A stretch of 64,000 nucleotides of DNA from a virus. Shown in pieces: positions 6,998 to 17,003 of the stretch. The notes beneath the pieces were generated by a model that saw nothing but the letters and a program-made list of their open reading frames with translations, did not search any database and was not told where the DNA came from. The translations under genes were made by a program, and so were the position numbers. Each line of letters begins with the position of its first letter. Positions within the stretch are counted from its first letter, which is position 1. The DNA is taken from positions 1 through 64,000 of IMG/VR virus record IMGVR_UViG_3300023118_000001. The stretch is one strand, 5' to 3'.

Positions 6998-7524
6998 GAT
7001 GGAATCCATTTGTGATGTACCGGGAACACGAGCAGCTGCAGACGACCTTCGACCAGGCTGTGAAGACCATCGAGGCGCTGTCTCGCCAGCTGCTGGCGCA
7101 CCAGACGTTGGTGGCGCGGGAGCTTCACACCCTGAAGTACGGCCGCCCTACCGCGCACTCTACCCTGGGGAACCCGCTCACCCCGGAGCAGGAAGAAATT
7201 GTCAAAGAGTTCAATGATAACAAGAGCTTACCTGAACAAATCCGACGTCATTTTGCACGCGGCGGGAAGTTTGAAAACCGGATAGCGGAGGGCCTGTTCG
7301 GCGAGGCAGGGTCGGATCACCAGACCCGCGCCATCGACCCTGCAGTATATGCGGCTGACCCTGAAGAGCCAGGCACCAAGGTCAACATCACGGTGCAGTT
7401 CGACGGCCAGACGCGGTCCGTGCAGGAGGTGTTCAGCGCCAGGGAGCGCAGCCAGTTTCTGGAAGACCAGTTCAAAGGCCTGGTGGCCGGCGCCGACGGC
7501 GTGGTAGTCAAACCCAAGGAGTAA
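6994..7524 (+). CDS. hypothetical protein in the packaging cluster
   Basis: ATGA-coupled 176-aa ORF. Confidence 0.7.
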   Translation: MRWNPFVMYREHEQLQTTFDQAVKTIEALSRQLLAHQTLVARELHTLKYGRPTAHSTLGNPLTPEQEEIVKEFNDNKSLPEQIRRHFARGGKFENRIAEGLFGEAGSDHQTRAIDPAVYAADPEEPGTKVNITVQFDGQTRSVQEVFSARERSQFLEDQFKGLVAGADGVVVKPKE

Positions 7525-7530
7525 ACCCTT

Positions 7531-9315
7531 TTGAGTGACCAAGGATCGGTGTCGTCGCGGTTCAGGATGCAGCTGAACCGCGAGGAGGGTATGAAGTCCC
7601 TCAGCAAGATCATCCTGCAGCACGGCTACGTCGAGGGTGAACCCTTCAGCTTCGACGACCACGAATTCCAGATCGACATCGTCGACGACACCGCGCAGCG
7701 CATCGACGTGCGCAAGTGCTCTCAGGTCGGGCTGACCGAGATGATGGCGCAGAAGACCCTGGCGATCATGGCGGTGCAGCGCAACATCCGTATCATGTTC
7801 AGCCAGCCGACCAAGGAGATGGCCACCAAGTTTTCCAAGGACCGGATCGACGGCGCCATCGAGCAGTCGGACTTCTACTCCAAGCTGGTGAAGGCCGGCT
7901 CCGATGCCGCTGGCATGAAGAAGCTGGGCCAGAACTACCTGTACATCATGGGCACCTACGGCGCCAACTCGGCGATCTCGGTCCCGGCCGAGATGATCAT
8001 CTCCGACGAAATCGACTTCTCCAACGACGGCGTGCTCGGCAAGCTGAACTCCCGTATCCGTCACGCCAAGACCGTGGACAGCAACGGCAACCGCGGCTAC
8101 CGCTACCGCTTCTCGACGCCGACGGTGGATGGCTTCGGCATCGACGTCGGCTTCAACGCCGGCGACCAGCGCTACTACATGTGCAAGTGCAAGCACTGCG
8201 CGACCTGGGTGTGCCCGGACTTCACCAGCGACCTGATCCTGCCTGGCTGGGACAAGCCGCTGATGGAGTTCAGCCGCGACAACCTGGACGACGAGCGCCT
8301 GGACATTAACGCGGCGTGGATCAAGTGCCCCAACTGTGCCAAGGATCTGTGGACCTCGCTGATCGACAAGGACCGTCGCCAGTGGGTGGCCAAGAAACCT
8401 GACAACTACGACCACAGCTACCAGGTGTACCCGTGGGACGTGCCCAAGTACAACACCCCGGCCGGCATCATCCGCCAGTTCGAGGGTTACCCGATCAAGG
8501 CTGACTTTTACAACTTCGTGGTGGGCCTGCCCTACTCCGATGCCGAGAACAGCTTCATCATCACCGACGAGCACCGCAAAAAGTATTGCGACATCGACCT
8601 CTGGATTTTCCAGACCATCATGCGCGACGTCACCACGATCGGCGGCATGGACATCGGCAAGACCTGCCACCTGACCGTCAAGGTCAAGGTGCAGGGCGGC
8701 TGGCACGTCATCTGGATGGAGAAGATCGTCAACGCCAAGAAGGACCCGGCGCTGCCCAAGGTCATCGCGCGGTTCGACTACTACCGCATGCGCAAGCTGT
8801 GCATCGACGCCGGTCCGGACATCACCCTGGTCAACGACCTGATCTCGGCGCGCGGCGGCGGCCGCATCCAGGCGGTGGTCTACACCAACGTGCCAGGCTT
8901 CATCCCGATCGCTCTGAAGAATGACGGCGACACCATCAACGCCGACCGGACCAAGACGCTGAGCCTGCTGCTGAGCCAGCACAACAACGGTGAGAACCAC
9001 TACCCGCACCGCGAGGAGCTGCGGATCGAGTTGTTCAAGCACCTGGGCACCACCAAGAAGATCCGCGAGCGCAACGCCCTCGGCGACGTGGTGGAGAAGT
9101 TCATCAAGACCGACAAGCAGGATCACTGGGTGCACTCGCTGAACTACTGCAACATCGCGGCCCTGGCCCTGGACGAGTTCGAGGACACCAGCGTGGTGGG
9201 TGTCCTGCCAGGCACGGCCTCGGTGAAAGTAGGCAGCACTGCCGAGGAGAGCCGCAGCGACGTCGAAGTGGGCAGCATGCTGAGCGGGATGTTCGGCTTC
9301 GCCAAACGTAGATAA
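7531..9315 (+). CDS. terminase large subunit (lambda GpA-like)
   Basis: Walker A-like KCSQVGLTE, Walker B IISDEID, FSTPT, GDQRYY..CKHC/CPNC, nuclease GMDIG and DHWVH. Confidence 0.92.
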   Translation: MSDQGSVSSRFRMQLNREEGMKSLSKIILQHGYVEGEPFSFDDHEFQIDIVDDTAQRIDVRKCSQVGLTEMMAQKTLAIMAVQRNIRIMFSQPTKEMATKFSKDRIDGAIEQSDFYSKLVKAGSDAAGMKKLGQNYLYIMGTYGANSAISVPAEMIISDEIDFSNDGVLGKLNSRIRHAKTVDSNGNRGYRYRFSTPTVDGFGIDVGFNAGDQRYYMCKCKHCATWVCPDFTSDLILPGWDKPLMEFSRDNLDDERLDINAAWIKCPNCAKDLWTSLIDKDRRQWVAKKPDNYDHSYQVYPWDVPKYNTPAGIIRQFEGYPIKADFYNFVVGLPYSDAENSFIITDEHRKKYCDIDLWIFQTIMRDVTTIGGMDIGKTCHLTVKVKVQGGWHVIWMEKIVNAKKDPALPKVIARFDYYRMRKLCIDAGPDITLVNDLISARGGGRIQAVVYTNVPGFIPIALKNDGDTINADRTKTLSLLLSQHNNGENHYPHREELRIELFKHLGTTKKIRERNALGDVVEKFIKTDKQDHWVHSLNYCNIAALALDEFEDTSVVGVLPGTASVKVGSTAEESRSDVEVGSMLSGMFGFAKRR

Positions 9316-9380
9316 CCCGCTAGTTAGCGAGGTATGTGGGATAACCTCATGTACCTCGCGAACTGTCGAGAAAAGAACCC

Positions 9381-9410
9381 TTGTATTTCAGCCCGTTGGC
9401 CCACTAAACT
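9381..9410 (+). promoter_or_regulatory. candidate promoter of the head operon
   Basis: TTGTAT-N18-TAAACT upstream of the portal SD. Confidence 0.45.
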
Positions 9411-9439
9411 CGCGCCATCTCTAAGGAAGACGATTGCCC

Positions 9440-10903
9440 ATGGCTGGCACCAAGACACCAGGTAGCAAAGGATCGAGGTACGCGGCAGCGAGTACCCAGG
9501 TTATTTTGCCGACCCGAAATCTTGCGGGTAAGGCGCGAGCCAAACGCCCAGGCTCAGACCTGAAGAAAGGCGATGCCATCACCAACACGCTGAAAAAGTT
9601 CAACCTGAACGCTATCAGCAACGTCAGCTCCCGAACCGATGTCAACGAAATCATCCGCCTGCTGTGCCGTGAGAACGGCATGTTCAGCTCGGCGGCGAAC
9701 TCGATGGCGGCCATCTCGGTGGGTACTGGCTTCAGATTGGCCGGCTATGACGCAACGGGGGCCATGAGCACCGAAGTCATGTCCGTGGCCTACAGCATCA
9801 TGGATCGATTCTCGACGCTGCATGATTACAGCAAGGGATACAACGATAAGCCAGGGATGCAATCGCTGCTGTCGACGCTTCAAACGGATGTCATCACAAC
9901 AGGAGGTTGTGGTGTTGAACTGGTGCTGGACAAGGAGTTCGGCCCCGAGCGGCTGGTGCCGATCGGTTACTCGACTGTTGAATGGGAGGCGGATGGCCAG
10001 GGAGGGCGTTATCCAACACAGGACGGCGGCGACATTGAGCTGAACATCCCCACCGTCTTCGTATCCGAGCACAACCGCAACGCCGACGAGGCGTATGCCA
10101 CCAGCCTGCTGCGTCCGGGCCTGTCCCAGGTGATGAACTTCGAAGGCTTTATCGAAGACATGCACCGGGCCCTGAACCGCACCGGCCACAGCCGCCTGAT
10201 CGCGACCATCATCGCTGACAAGATCAAGGCTGCCGCCGACGACACCATCAAGCACGACCCCAAGAAAATGGGTGAGTTGTTCGACCTGGTGCGCCAGCAG
10301 GTGATCGAGGCGCTGTCCGGCCTTGAGCCTGAAGACGCCGTGGTGACCTTTGACAGCGTGACCTACACGGTCGAGGACACCGGTGGCAACAAGGCCGACT
10401 ACGCGCCGATGGTAGCTGTGCTGGCCAACATGCTGGGGGCTTCGCTCAAGACGCCGGCTTCGGTCAGCGGCATGCGCGCATCGGGTGGCCAAGGCCTGTC
10501 CAACGCCGAGACCCTGATCTACCTGCAGGTCGTGCAAGGCACGCGCTCGCCGGTGGAGGAAGCGATGTCCCGCGCCCTGACCCTGGCCTGCCGCCTGCAA
10601 GGCATCGACGGCTACGTCGCCTTCGAATTCAACCCAATCAACCTGCGTCCAGACATCGAGCTGGAAGCGTATTTCGGCACCCGCCAAAAGCGTGTGCTCG
10701 AGCTGCTGAGCTGGGGTGTGATCAACGAGGCCCACGCTTGCTGGGAACTCGGCATCCGCCCACAAGGCCTGTCAGCTGTTCTGGCCGGCACCAAGTTCTA
10801 CGCCAAGGATGCTTCTGACGCGACCGCTACCGATCGCACCACGTCGTCAGGCGCGGCACTCACCCCCGACACCCCGGCTCAGTCCGGCGGTGCCGACAAA
10901 TAA
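9440..10903 (+). CDS. portal protein
   Basis: ~487 aa between TerL and the prohead protease; SD TAAGGA. Confidence 0.85.
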   Translation: MAGTKTPGSKGSRYAAASTQVILPTRNLAGKARAKRPGSDLKKGDAITNTLKKFNLNAISNVSSRTDVNEIIRLLCRENGMFSSAANSMAAISVGTGFRLAGYDATGAMSTEVMSVAYSIMDRFSTLHDYSKGYNDKPGMQSLLSTLQTDVITTGGCGVELVLDKEFGPERLVPIGYSTVEWEADGQGGRYPTQDGGDIELNIPTVFVSEHNRNADEAYATSLLRPGLSQVMNFEGFIEDMHRALNRTGHSRLIATIIADKIKAAADDTIKHDPKKMGELFDLVRQQVIEALSGLEPEDAVVTFDSVTYTVEDTGGNKADYAPMVAVLANMLGASLKTPASVSGMRASGGQGLSNAETLIYLQVVQGTRSPVEEAMSRALTLACRLQGIDGYVAFEFNPINLRPDIELEAYFGTRQKRVLELLSWGVINEAHACWELGIRPQGLSAVLAGTKFYAKDASDATATDRTTSSGAALTPDTPAQSGGADK

Positions 10904-10913
10904 GGAGCCTGGC

Positions 10914-12401
10914 ATGGCAGTTGAAATTTGGCTGGGCACTGAAGCGGCCTTCAACAAGTTCTCCAGCTTTGAGATGAAGTACACGTTCGACAAGGACGCC
11001 TACTCCAACTCCCCATACGACGATGACCGCCAGGAACTCTGCCCAGTATTTGGTGTAGATATCAATCGTAAAGGTCTGTATCTGCTGGAGAAAGTGGGCG
11101 ATACTCCGGTCCTGAAGATTCATGGTTCGCTGGTCGCCTCCTACCGCCGCTACCACCGGTGGTTCGCCGGTGAAGTGACCAGCTACGAAGCGATCAATGA
11201 TGCCCTGGCGATCCTGGCTGAGACTGGCCACACCGACATTGTCATTGACCACAACAGCGGCGGTGGCGCGGTCAGCGGGCTGAACACGGTCACCGAGCAC
11301 ATGGAGCGCCTGCAGGGCGAGGGCATGAACATTCGTTCCCACACCGACAGCGCTTCGTTCTCGGCGAGCTACTGGATCATGTCCAGTGCCAACCAGGTGA
11401 CCGCCAGCAAGATGGCTGAGTTGGGCTCCATCGGGGTGATCGCGGTGGTTCGCACCTACGCCAACACCGAACAGACGATGGGCCTGAAGTTCACCGTACT
11501 GAAGGAAGGCGAGTTCAAGGCCGTGGGCAACCCCTACGAGGAACTGAGCGATGCCGACAAGAAGTACCTGCAGGAAAATCTGAAGGAGACCAACTCGTTC
11601 TTCCTCAGCCACATTTCCGCACAGCGCGGCCTTAGTCTTGACGACTACAAGGACTGGGCTGACGGCAAAACCTTTTTCGCTGCGAAGGCTGTGAAAAATG
11701 GGCTGGTCGACAGGATCGCAACCCTGAACGACCTTATTGATCGCGGCGCGTCCGCAACCACAACTGGCGACAGAAGGAAGTTTGAGATGAAGATCTCCGC
11801 TGAAAAAATCGCTCAGATCGAAGCGGGCGCGGCTCCAAAAGACGTGCTCACCAAGGCTGAGTTGGCTCACTACACCAAGCAGATGGCCGACCTGGAAGAG
11901 GCTGCCACCAAGGAAGCCGCTGCTCAGAAAGAGCTGGACGACGCCGAAGCTGAGAAGCTGGCCAAGGAAGCTGCTGACAAGGAAGCCGCTGACAAGCTCG
12001 ACAAGACTGAGCCAACCGTGCCAGGCACCACCGGCTTCGACGCCGCGGCGCTGACCTCGGCTTTCAAAGAAAATGGCAAGCTGGAAGCGAAGGTCGAAGA
12101 TCTGACTGAGCGCCTGGCCAAGGCCGAAACCGCGCTGGCTGAAGCCAAGTCTCAGACCGAAAGTCTGGTCGTGGTTGCACAGCGCGCGGTGAAAAACTTG
12201 CAGGTCGCCACCGGCAGCCCGCAGGTCGAGAAAAGCTCCCCGGTCGAAATCCTGGGGCAGTTCAACGACCTGCAGACCAAGCTGGCCGGCGTCTTCAAGA
12301 CCGAGCAGCAGTCCTCGTCCACTCCTACCAAGGAAGCGACGACCCCACTCTCGGTGGGCCTGCGTCAGAAAGTTTCCCAACTCAACACTCAGAAGCGCTA
12401 A
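10914..12401 (+). CDS. S49 prohead protease fused to a coiled-coil scaffold
   Basis: DHNSGGGAV, SASYWIMS, GSIGV, GEFKA motifs; charged C-terminus; likely internal start at 11787. Confidence 0.92.
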   Translation: MAVEIWLGTEAAFNKFSSFEMKYTFDKDAYSNSPYDDDRQELCPVFGVDINRKGLYLLEKVGDTPVLKIHGSLVASYRRYHRWFAGEVTSYEAINDALAILAETGHTDIVIDHNSGGGAVSGLNTVTEHMERLQGEGMNIRSHTDSASFSASYWIMSSANQVTASKMAELGSIGVIAVVRTYANTEQTMGLKFTVLKEGEFKAVGNPYEELSDADKKYLQENLKETNSFFLSHISAQRGLSLDDYKDWADGKTFFAAKAVKNGLVDRIATLNDLIDRGASATTTGDRRKFEMKISAEKIAQIEAGAAPKDVLTKAELAHYTKQMADLEEAATKEAAAQKELDDAEAEKLAKEAADKEAADKLDKTEPTVPGTTGFDAAALTSAFKENGKLEAKVEDLTERLAKAETALAEAKSQTESLVVVAQRAVKNLQVATGSPQVEKSSPVEILGQFNDLQTKLAGVFKTEQQSSSTPTKEATTPLSVGLRQKVSQLNTQKR

Positions 12402-12413
12402 GGAGAATCAGTC

Positions 12414-12869
12414 ATGGCTGACTTTAAATTTGGAGTGCTCACTGTTCTGCCTGAGCGCCTGAACGTCATCACCTGCAAGCTGGGCTCGGCTGCAGGCCAG
12501 CTGTACACCGACAAGGACAAGGGCAAGCTGATGTCCCTCGGCACCGTGTCGAACTACGCTCTGGCCGCCGACGGCGACGAGATCGGGGGTTTCCTCGACA
12601 ACATCGACGGTGGCCCAACTGCCAACGGCTTCGTGGTCGGCGGTGTGGCTCGCCCTGATACCGGCTTCCGCGTTGAAGCGGTGGTCGCTGCAGGTTCCGC
12701 AGCCCTGGTCGTGAAGGACTTCGTGGTCGCTGGTGCACAAGCTGCACTGGGCACCAAGAGCCTGCCGGCTGTGAAGAAAGGCGTCCCAACCCTGCAGAAG
12801 TATCAGGTGATCCGCCTGTACGGCAACGGCACGGCGGGTACTACCGTCCTCTTGGAACGAGTGGCCTAA
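12414..12869 (+). CDS. head decoration/cement protein
   Basis: 151 aa, Gly/Val-rich, between scaffold and capsid genes. Confidence 0.7.
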   Translation: MADFKFGVLTVLPERLNVITCKLGSAAGQLYTDKDKGKLMSLGTVSNYALAADGDEIGGFLDNIDGGPTANGFVVGGVARPDTGFRVEAVVAAGSAALVVKDFVVAGAQAALGTKSLPAVKKGVPTLQKYQVIRLYGNGTAGTTVLLERVA

Positions 12870-12909
12870 CGGTCCACACGCCACTCCAACATTTCAAGGA
12901 ATCGAAACC

Positions 12910-14088
12910 ATGCAATGCAAACTGAAATACGTGGCCCTCGAGGCCGGCAAGCAAGTCGAGAAGGAGCTGGACGCTAACGTCGAGCTGTATGCTCAGGCCG
13001 CTGAAGCGGGCATGAACCTGCGTCAGTACCTGCGTACCGTCGCCTCCGACTTCGACGTCACCATGGGTGACCCGATCGACCAGATGATGACCAACGCCGG
13101 CATGATGGACGGTGAGCATCGCACCGGCCCTGCGCTGACCATGGCTCAAATGACCGGCATGACCCAAGCCGACGGCTTCCGCCGCCCGGACGGTTCCGAC
13201 GGTTCGCTCGGCGCTCGCCTGCTGTACCCGCAGATGATTCTGGAAACCATGAACGCCAACGTCCTGCGTGACGACGGCTCGGACATCCTGTCCATTTGGG
13301 AATCCTTCATCGCCACCAGCCGCAACCTGAACGGCCAAAAAGCCGAGCAGCCGATCATCGACACTTCGGCACCGGAAGGCAGCCGCAGCGGTCGCATGGT
13401 GCAGATGGCGTTGCCGGAAACCATGGTCTCCATCACCACTGGCCAAAAATCGTTCAAGATCCCAACCAACTCGATTGGTCTGATGATCGCCAACGAAGCG
13501 ATGGCTGCTACCACCATCGACCTGGTGCGTATCGTGATGGAAGCTCAGTCGCGCGGTGACAAGATCCGCCGCGTCGGTGAGCAGCTGAAGTCCATGGTCC
13601 TGGGTGATGCTGACCTGGACATGACTCCGCTGCCGATCCTCAAGGCTGGCGACTTCGACCCAACCATCACTGCTGACGGCGTGATCACCAAGCGTGCTTA
13701 CATCAAGTGGCTGTTCAGCATGCGCAAAACCGCCAACATCAGCCAAGTGCTGACCGACATCGACACCGCGCTGAACGTCGATGAAGGCCTGGCGCCGAAG
13801 AACGTTGGCCAGGACAACTCGAAGATCCTGACCCCGTGGGGCGGTCTGAACCTGGGTCTGACCCAGCCACAGATCACGCCGTTCGAGGCGGACATGTTCG
13901 GTGCCGGTCTGCTGGTCGGCTTCGACCCGCGCTACGCCATCCAACGCTTCGTGAACATCTCGGCTGCATACGATGCGATCGAAGAGTTCGTGATGCGCAA
14001 AGCGACCGGGTTCCGCGTCGACTATGGCGAGATGTCCACCCGTCTGTACGACGAGGCCTGGTCGGTTCTCAGCCTCGAAGCAGCCTAA
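12910..14088 (+). CDS. major capsid protein
   Basis: 392 aa, high-expression codon bias, position, terminator downstream. Confidence 0.88.
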   Translation: MQCKLKYVALEAGKQVEKELDANVELYAQAAEAGMNLRQYLRTVASDFDVTMGDPIDQMMTNAGMMDGEHRTGPALTMAQMTGMTQADGFRRPDGSDGSLGARLLYPQMILETMNANVLRDDGSDILSIWESFIATSRNLNGQKAEQPIIDTSAPEGSRSGRMVQMALPETMVSITTGQKSFKIPTNSIGLMIANEAMAATTIDLVRIVMEAQSRGDKIRRVGEQLKSMVLGDADLDMTPLPILKAGDFDPTITADGVITKRAYIKWLFSMRKTANISQVLTDIDTALNVDEGLAPKNVGQDNSKILTPWGGLNLGLTQPQITPFEADMFGAGLLVGFDPRYAIQRFVNISAAYDAIEEFVMRKATGFRVDYGEMSTRLYDEAWSVLSLEAA

Positions 14089-14097
14089 GGGCTAATG

Positions 14098-14126
14098 GAA
14101 GGGCCGCTTCGGCGGCCCTTCTTTCT
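14098..14126 (+). terminator. intrinsic terminator after the capsid gene
   Basis: GAAGGGCCGC-TTCG-GCGGCCCTTC-TTTCT. Confidence 0.88.
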
Positions 14127-14153
14127 ATCTAAAACTGCTGGAGAATCAAGATC

Positions 14154-14642
14154 ATGGCACTGAAAAAACCTGACGAACCTACCAAAGAAGCCACTGCTGA
14201 CGAAGCAAAGCGCGTGGAACAGGCCAAGGCCCTGGAAGCTCAGAAGCAACAAGAGCTGAAAGAGCAGCAAGAGAAGCAAGCTGAAGCCGACAAGGCCGAA
14301 GCTGATCGCCTTCAGAAGATCGAAGACGACAAAGCTGAGCAAGCTGCCAAGGACGAAGAGCAGCGCATGGCCAATGAATCGGCCCGCCAAGAGCTGGCCC
14401 GGCAGGAGTCCGACAAGGAAGCCACCTCGACTCGTGAGCGCCTCGCTCAGGAAGACGAAGTCGCGCGCCTGGCCGGCAAAAAGGTCAAAGAGCGCAAGCT
14501 GGTGGAAGTGGAAAGCCTCACCCACTCCGACCTGCGTCAGCCTTCGACTGGCACCTGGATCACCGGCAAAGGCACCGAGTACCTGCTCGATGACGGCTGG
14601 CTCTCGAACCAGATCGCTGCTCGCCTGCTGAAGTACGCGTAA
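14154..14642 (+). CDS. charged coiled-coil virion-assembly protein
   Basis: E/K/A/Q-rich ORF with SD GGAG. Confidence 0.75.
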   Translation: MALKKPDEPTKEATADEAKRVEQAKALEAQKQQELKEQQEKQAEADKAEADRLQKIEDDKAEQAAKDEEQRMANESARQELARQESDKEATSTRERLAQEDEVARLAGKKVKERKLVEVESLTHSDLRQPSTGTWITGKGTEYLLDDGWLSNQIAARLLKYA

Positions 14643-14652
14643 GGAGCTTGGC

Positions 14653-15135
14653 ATGTACTTTGACCTGACCAGCACCGAGCAGATCCTCGCCGTATTGACC
14701 GTGGATGACACGGACATCGACGCCGAAAAGATCGAAGCACAAGGGTTGGACGACGACCTCGGCGCCCAGCTCGACGCGGCTCTGCCTGGTGTTTGGGAAG
14801 GTCTTGCCGACGGCACAGGCCCGAAGGCGAGCGATGCTCGCCTGCGCAAGCTGAAGCTGGTGGCGAAGTATTTCTGCGCTGGGACCGTGGCCAGGATGGC
14901 GCAGGTGTTCGTCCTCAAGAAGGACACCGACGGTTCCAACGAGGGCCAGCGAAGCGACAAGGACGGTTGGCTGTGGATGTCCGACCGCCTGATGGAAACA
15001 GCCAACCAGCACCTGGCCGGTCTGCTGACCGACCTGGAGCTGGTGCCGGCTACCGCAATGCCGTACCAGATGTTCACCCGCGTGATCCCTGATCGCGACC
15101 CTGTCACCACCCCACGGGCGACGACCGCACAATGA
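14653..15135 (+). CDS. putative head-tail adaptor
   Basis: Size, helical character and position; SD TAAGGAG. Confidence 0.6.
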   Translation: MYFDLTSTEQILAVLTVDDTDIDAEKIEAQGLDDDLGAQLDAALPGVWEGLADGTGPKASDARLRKLKLVAKYFCAGTVARMAQVFVLKKDTDGSNEGQRSDKDGWLWMSDRLMETANQHLAGLLTDLELVPATAMPYQMFTRVIPDRDPVTTPRATTAQ

Positions 15136-16043
15136 AGCTGAAGAAGATCGCGGCGAAGAAATTCACCGAGAAGATGGAGGCCTGGAATCCGGTAACGGAG
15201 ACCTGGGTCCCCAACTCTTTTCTTGGGCGTATCGACTTGACCGACCGATTCTTGAGCAACTTCAACAAACCCACGCGGCGCCGGATGTTGTTCACCTCCG
15301 ACGACGTGGTGTTCCCGCCGAGCCTGACCATCCGGCACCCGGGTACGAAAGACATTTACCTGCTCGGCACCAAGCGCACCGATGCCCGCGACGGCAACCC
15401 GTATGTCGCGCTGACCATCCTGCAGCTGGTGACCGACCTGCCTGGCGGAACCTCCGGCCTGGCCACCATCACCCGCAAGGTCGTGCAAGGCCCGCCTGAG
15501 AACCCAGGCTGGCTGGTAGACACGGTCTTGGCCAAGAGCTACATCGACACCGAGTTCCTGAGCAGCACCGAGGAAGAGTCCACCTCGGACCTGCGGATCG
15601 AGCGCTACAACGCCTACCTGCCGCTGAACATCCAGCCACGGGAGTGGGACTTCATCACCCTGCACGGGACGAAGTACCGGGTGCTCGACACGTTCGCCGA
15701 CTCCGGGTTCTTCGGGCTGCGCATCGACCACGAAGGGGATTTTCGCAGCAACTTCGTCCTGCACGTCGCGGGCAAGCGCACCATGAACCCGGTGAGCAAT
15801 GAGTGGGAGCAGACGCCCACCCAGTACAACGTCACCGGCGTGATGGAGAAGGCTGTCGACGCGGCACTGTGGGCCACCGACACCAACACCTACCGCACCG
15901 TCTACTTCGAGCGCGATCACCTGCCGTTCGGCATCAGCCTGACAGGTAAGGATGTGTGGCTGGAGTTGAACGGCGTGAAGAAGCAGGTCAAGACCGCTGA
16001 GACCCAGGCGGGCAGCCGGCAGTACACGCTGAGGGTGGTCTGA
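15132..16043 (+). CDS. putative head-closure/neck protein
   Basis: Beta-rich, coupled ORF in the neck cluster. Confidence 0.55.
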   Translation: MKLKKIAAKKFTEKMEAWNPVTETWVPNSFLGRIDLTDRFLSNFNKPTRRRMLFTSDDVVFPPSLTIRHPGTKDIYLLGTKRTDARDGNPYVALTILQLVTDLPGGTSGLATITRKVVQGPPENPGWLVDTVLAKSYIDTEFLSSTEEESTSDLRIERYNAYLPLNIQPREWDFITLHGTKYRVLDTFADSGFFGLRIDHEGDFRSNFVLHVAGKRTMNPVSNEWEQTPTQYNVTGVMEKAVDAALWATDTNTYRTVYFERDHLPFGISLTGKDVWLELNGVKKQVKTAETQAGSRQYTLRVV

Positions 16044-16549
16044 TGGGTAAGTTCTCCAAGCTGGCCGACCAGGTGTCCATCGACATCGGCGCGCTGTTCA
16101 GCCGCTCGATCCGTCGCGCGCTGCTGGCCGGACTGGTCATCGCGGTGCAGACCACCAAACAGGATTCGTCCAACGCGGCAGCCCACTGGCTGCTGGCGGC
16201 GCGCGGCAGATCCCGGCCAGGCGCCAGAACATGGGGCAAGCTGCGGGACCTTCGCGGCACCAGCACCCGGGCCGCGGTCAACCCCGTCGGCAGCCGTCGC
16301 GACGGTGGCAAGAACGCTGCGCTGACTCAAAGGTTTGTCCGTGATCGCGAGCTGCGGGAAGTGGTTGAAAAGCTGGTCGCCGGCCGATCGCCGGAGACCG
16401 TGTTCTACTTTTACAACGCCGTCGAGCCAGGCACCGAGTATGGCGAGAACGCCAACATCGAGGAGGCAGGCGCTGCAGCGAGAGAAGAAGTGGTCCGTCA
16501 GTTCGAGAACGCCATGGCGACCGGCCAGGTAAGGAAGAAATACCGATGA
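16043..16549 (+). CDS. putative tail completion protein (HK97 gp10-like)
   Basis: Basic; TKQDSSNAAAHW resembles the TPVDTGxxxxSW motif. Confidence 0.6.
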   Translation: MGKFSKLADQVSIDIGALFSRSIRRALLAGLVIAVQTTKQDSSNAAAHWLLAARGRSRPGARTWGKLRDLRGTSTRAAVNPVGSRRDGGKNAALTQRFVRDRELREVVEKLVAGRSPETVFYFYNAVEPGTEYGENANIEEAGAAAREEVVRQFENAMATGQVRKKYR

Positions 16550-16998
16550 CCGACTTCATGCTGGGCTCGCTCACCGAACTCGACACACGCTTTCGTGACT
16601 GGCTGCGAACCAAAGTCACGCCTGACATGCTGTATGGATACGACTTTACCGAAGGGCTGGATGTCAGCGTCAACGACGCGGGAGTTCTGCTCGAGCAGAA
16701 CCAGGACTTCTGGCTGTTCGAGCTGAACATCGACAGCACTCGGCGTGCAGGCCCCTCTCAAGTGGCTCCGCGCCGCGTGACTGGCAGCCTGGACGTGTCG
16801 TTGTTTACCAAATCCCCTCGGGACAAGGTAAAGTACGGCCGCAAGGTAGACGTTGTGGCTGAGTGGTTCCAGGACCGGACAATCGACGGTATCCGGTTCC
16901 GCACATTCACACCCGTTCCGCCGACCCCGTTGCATGGCTTCACCGCCTACGGTGGTGTGACAAACATTGAGTTTGAAATTTACGTTCAAAGGAGCTGA
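16546..16998 (+). CDS. putative tail terminator
   Basis: 150 aa immediately upstream of the tail tube gene. Confidence 0.6.
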   Translation: MTDFMLGSLTELDTRFRDWLRTKVTPDMLYGYDFTEGLDVSVNDAGVLLEQNQDFWLFELNIDSTRRAGPSQVAPRRVTGSLDVSLFTKSPRDKVKYGRKVDVVAEWFQDRTIDGIRFRTFTPVPPTPLHGFTAYGGVTNIEFEIYVQRS

Positions 16999-17003
16999 CG
17001 GCT

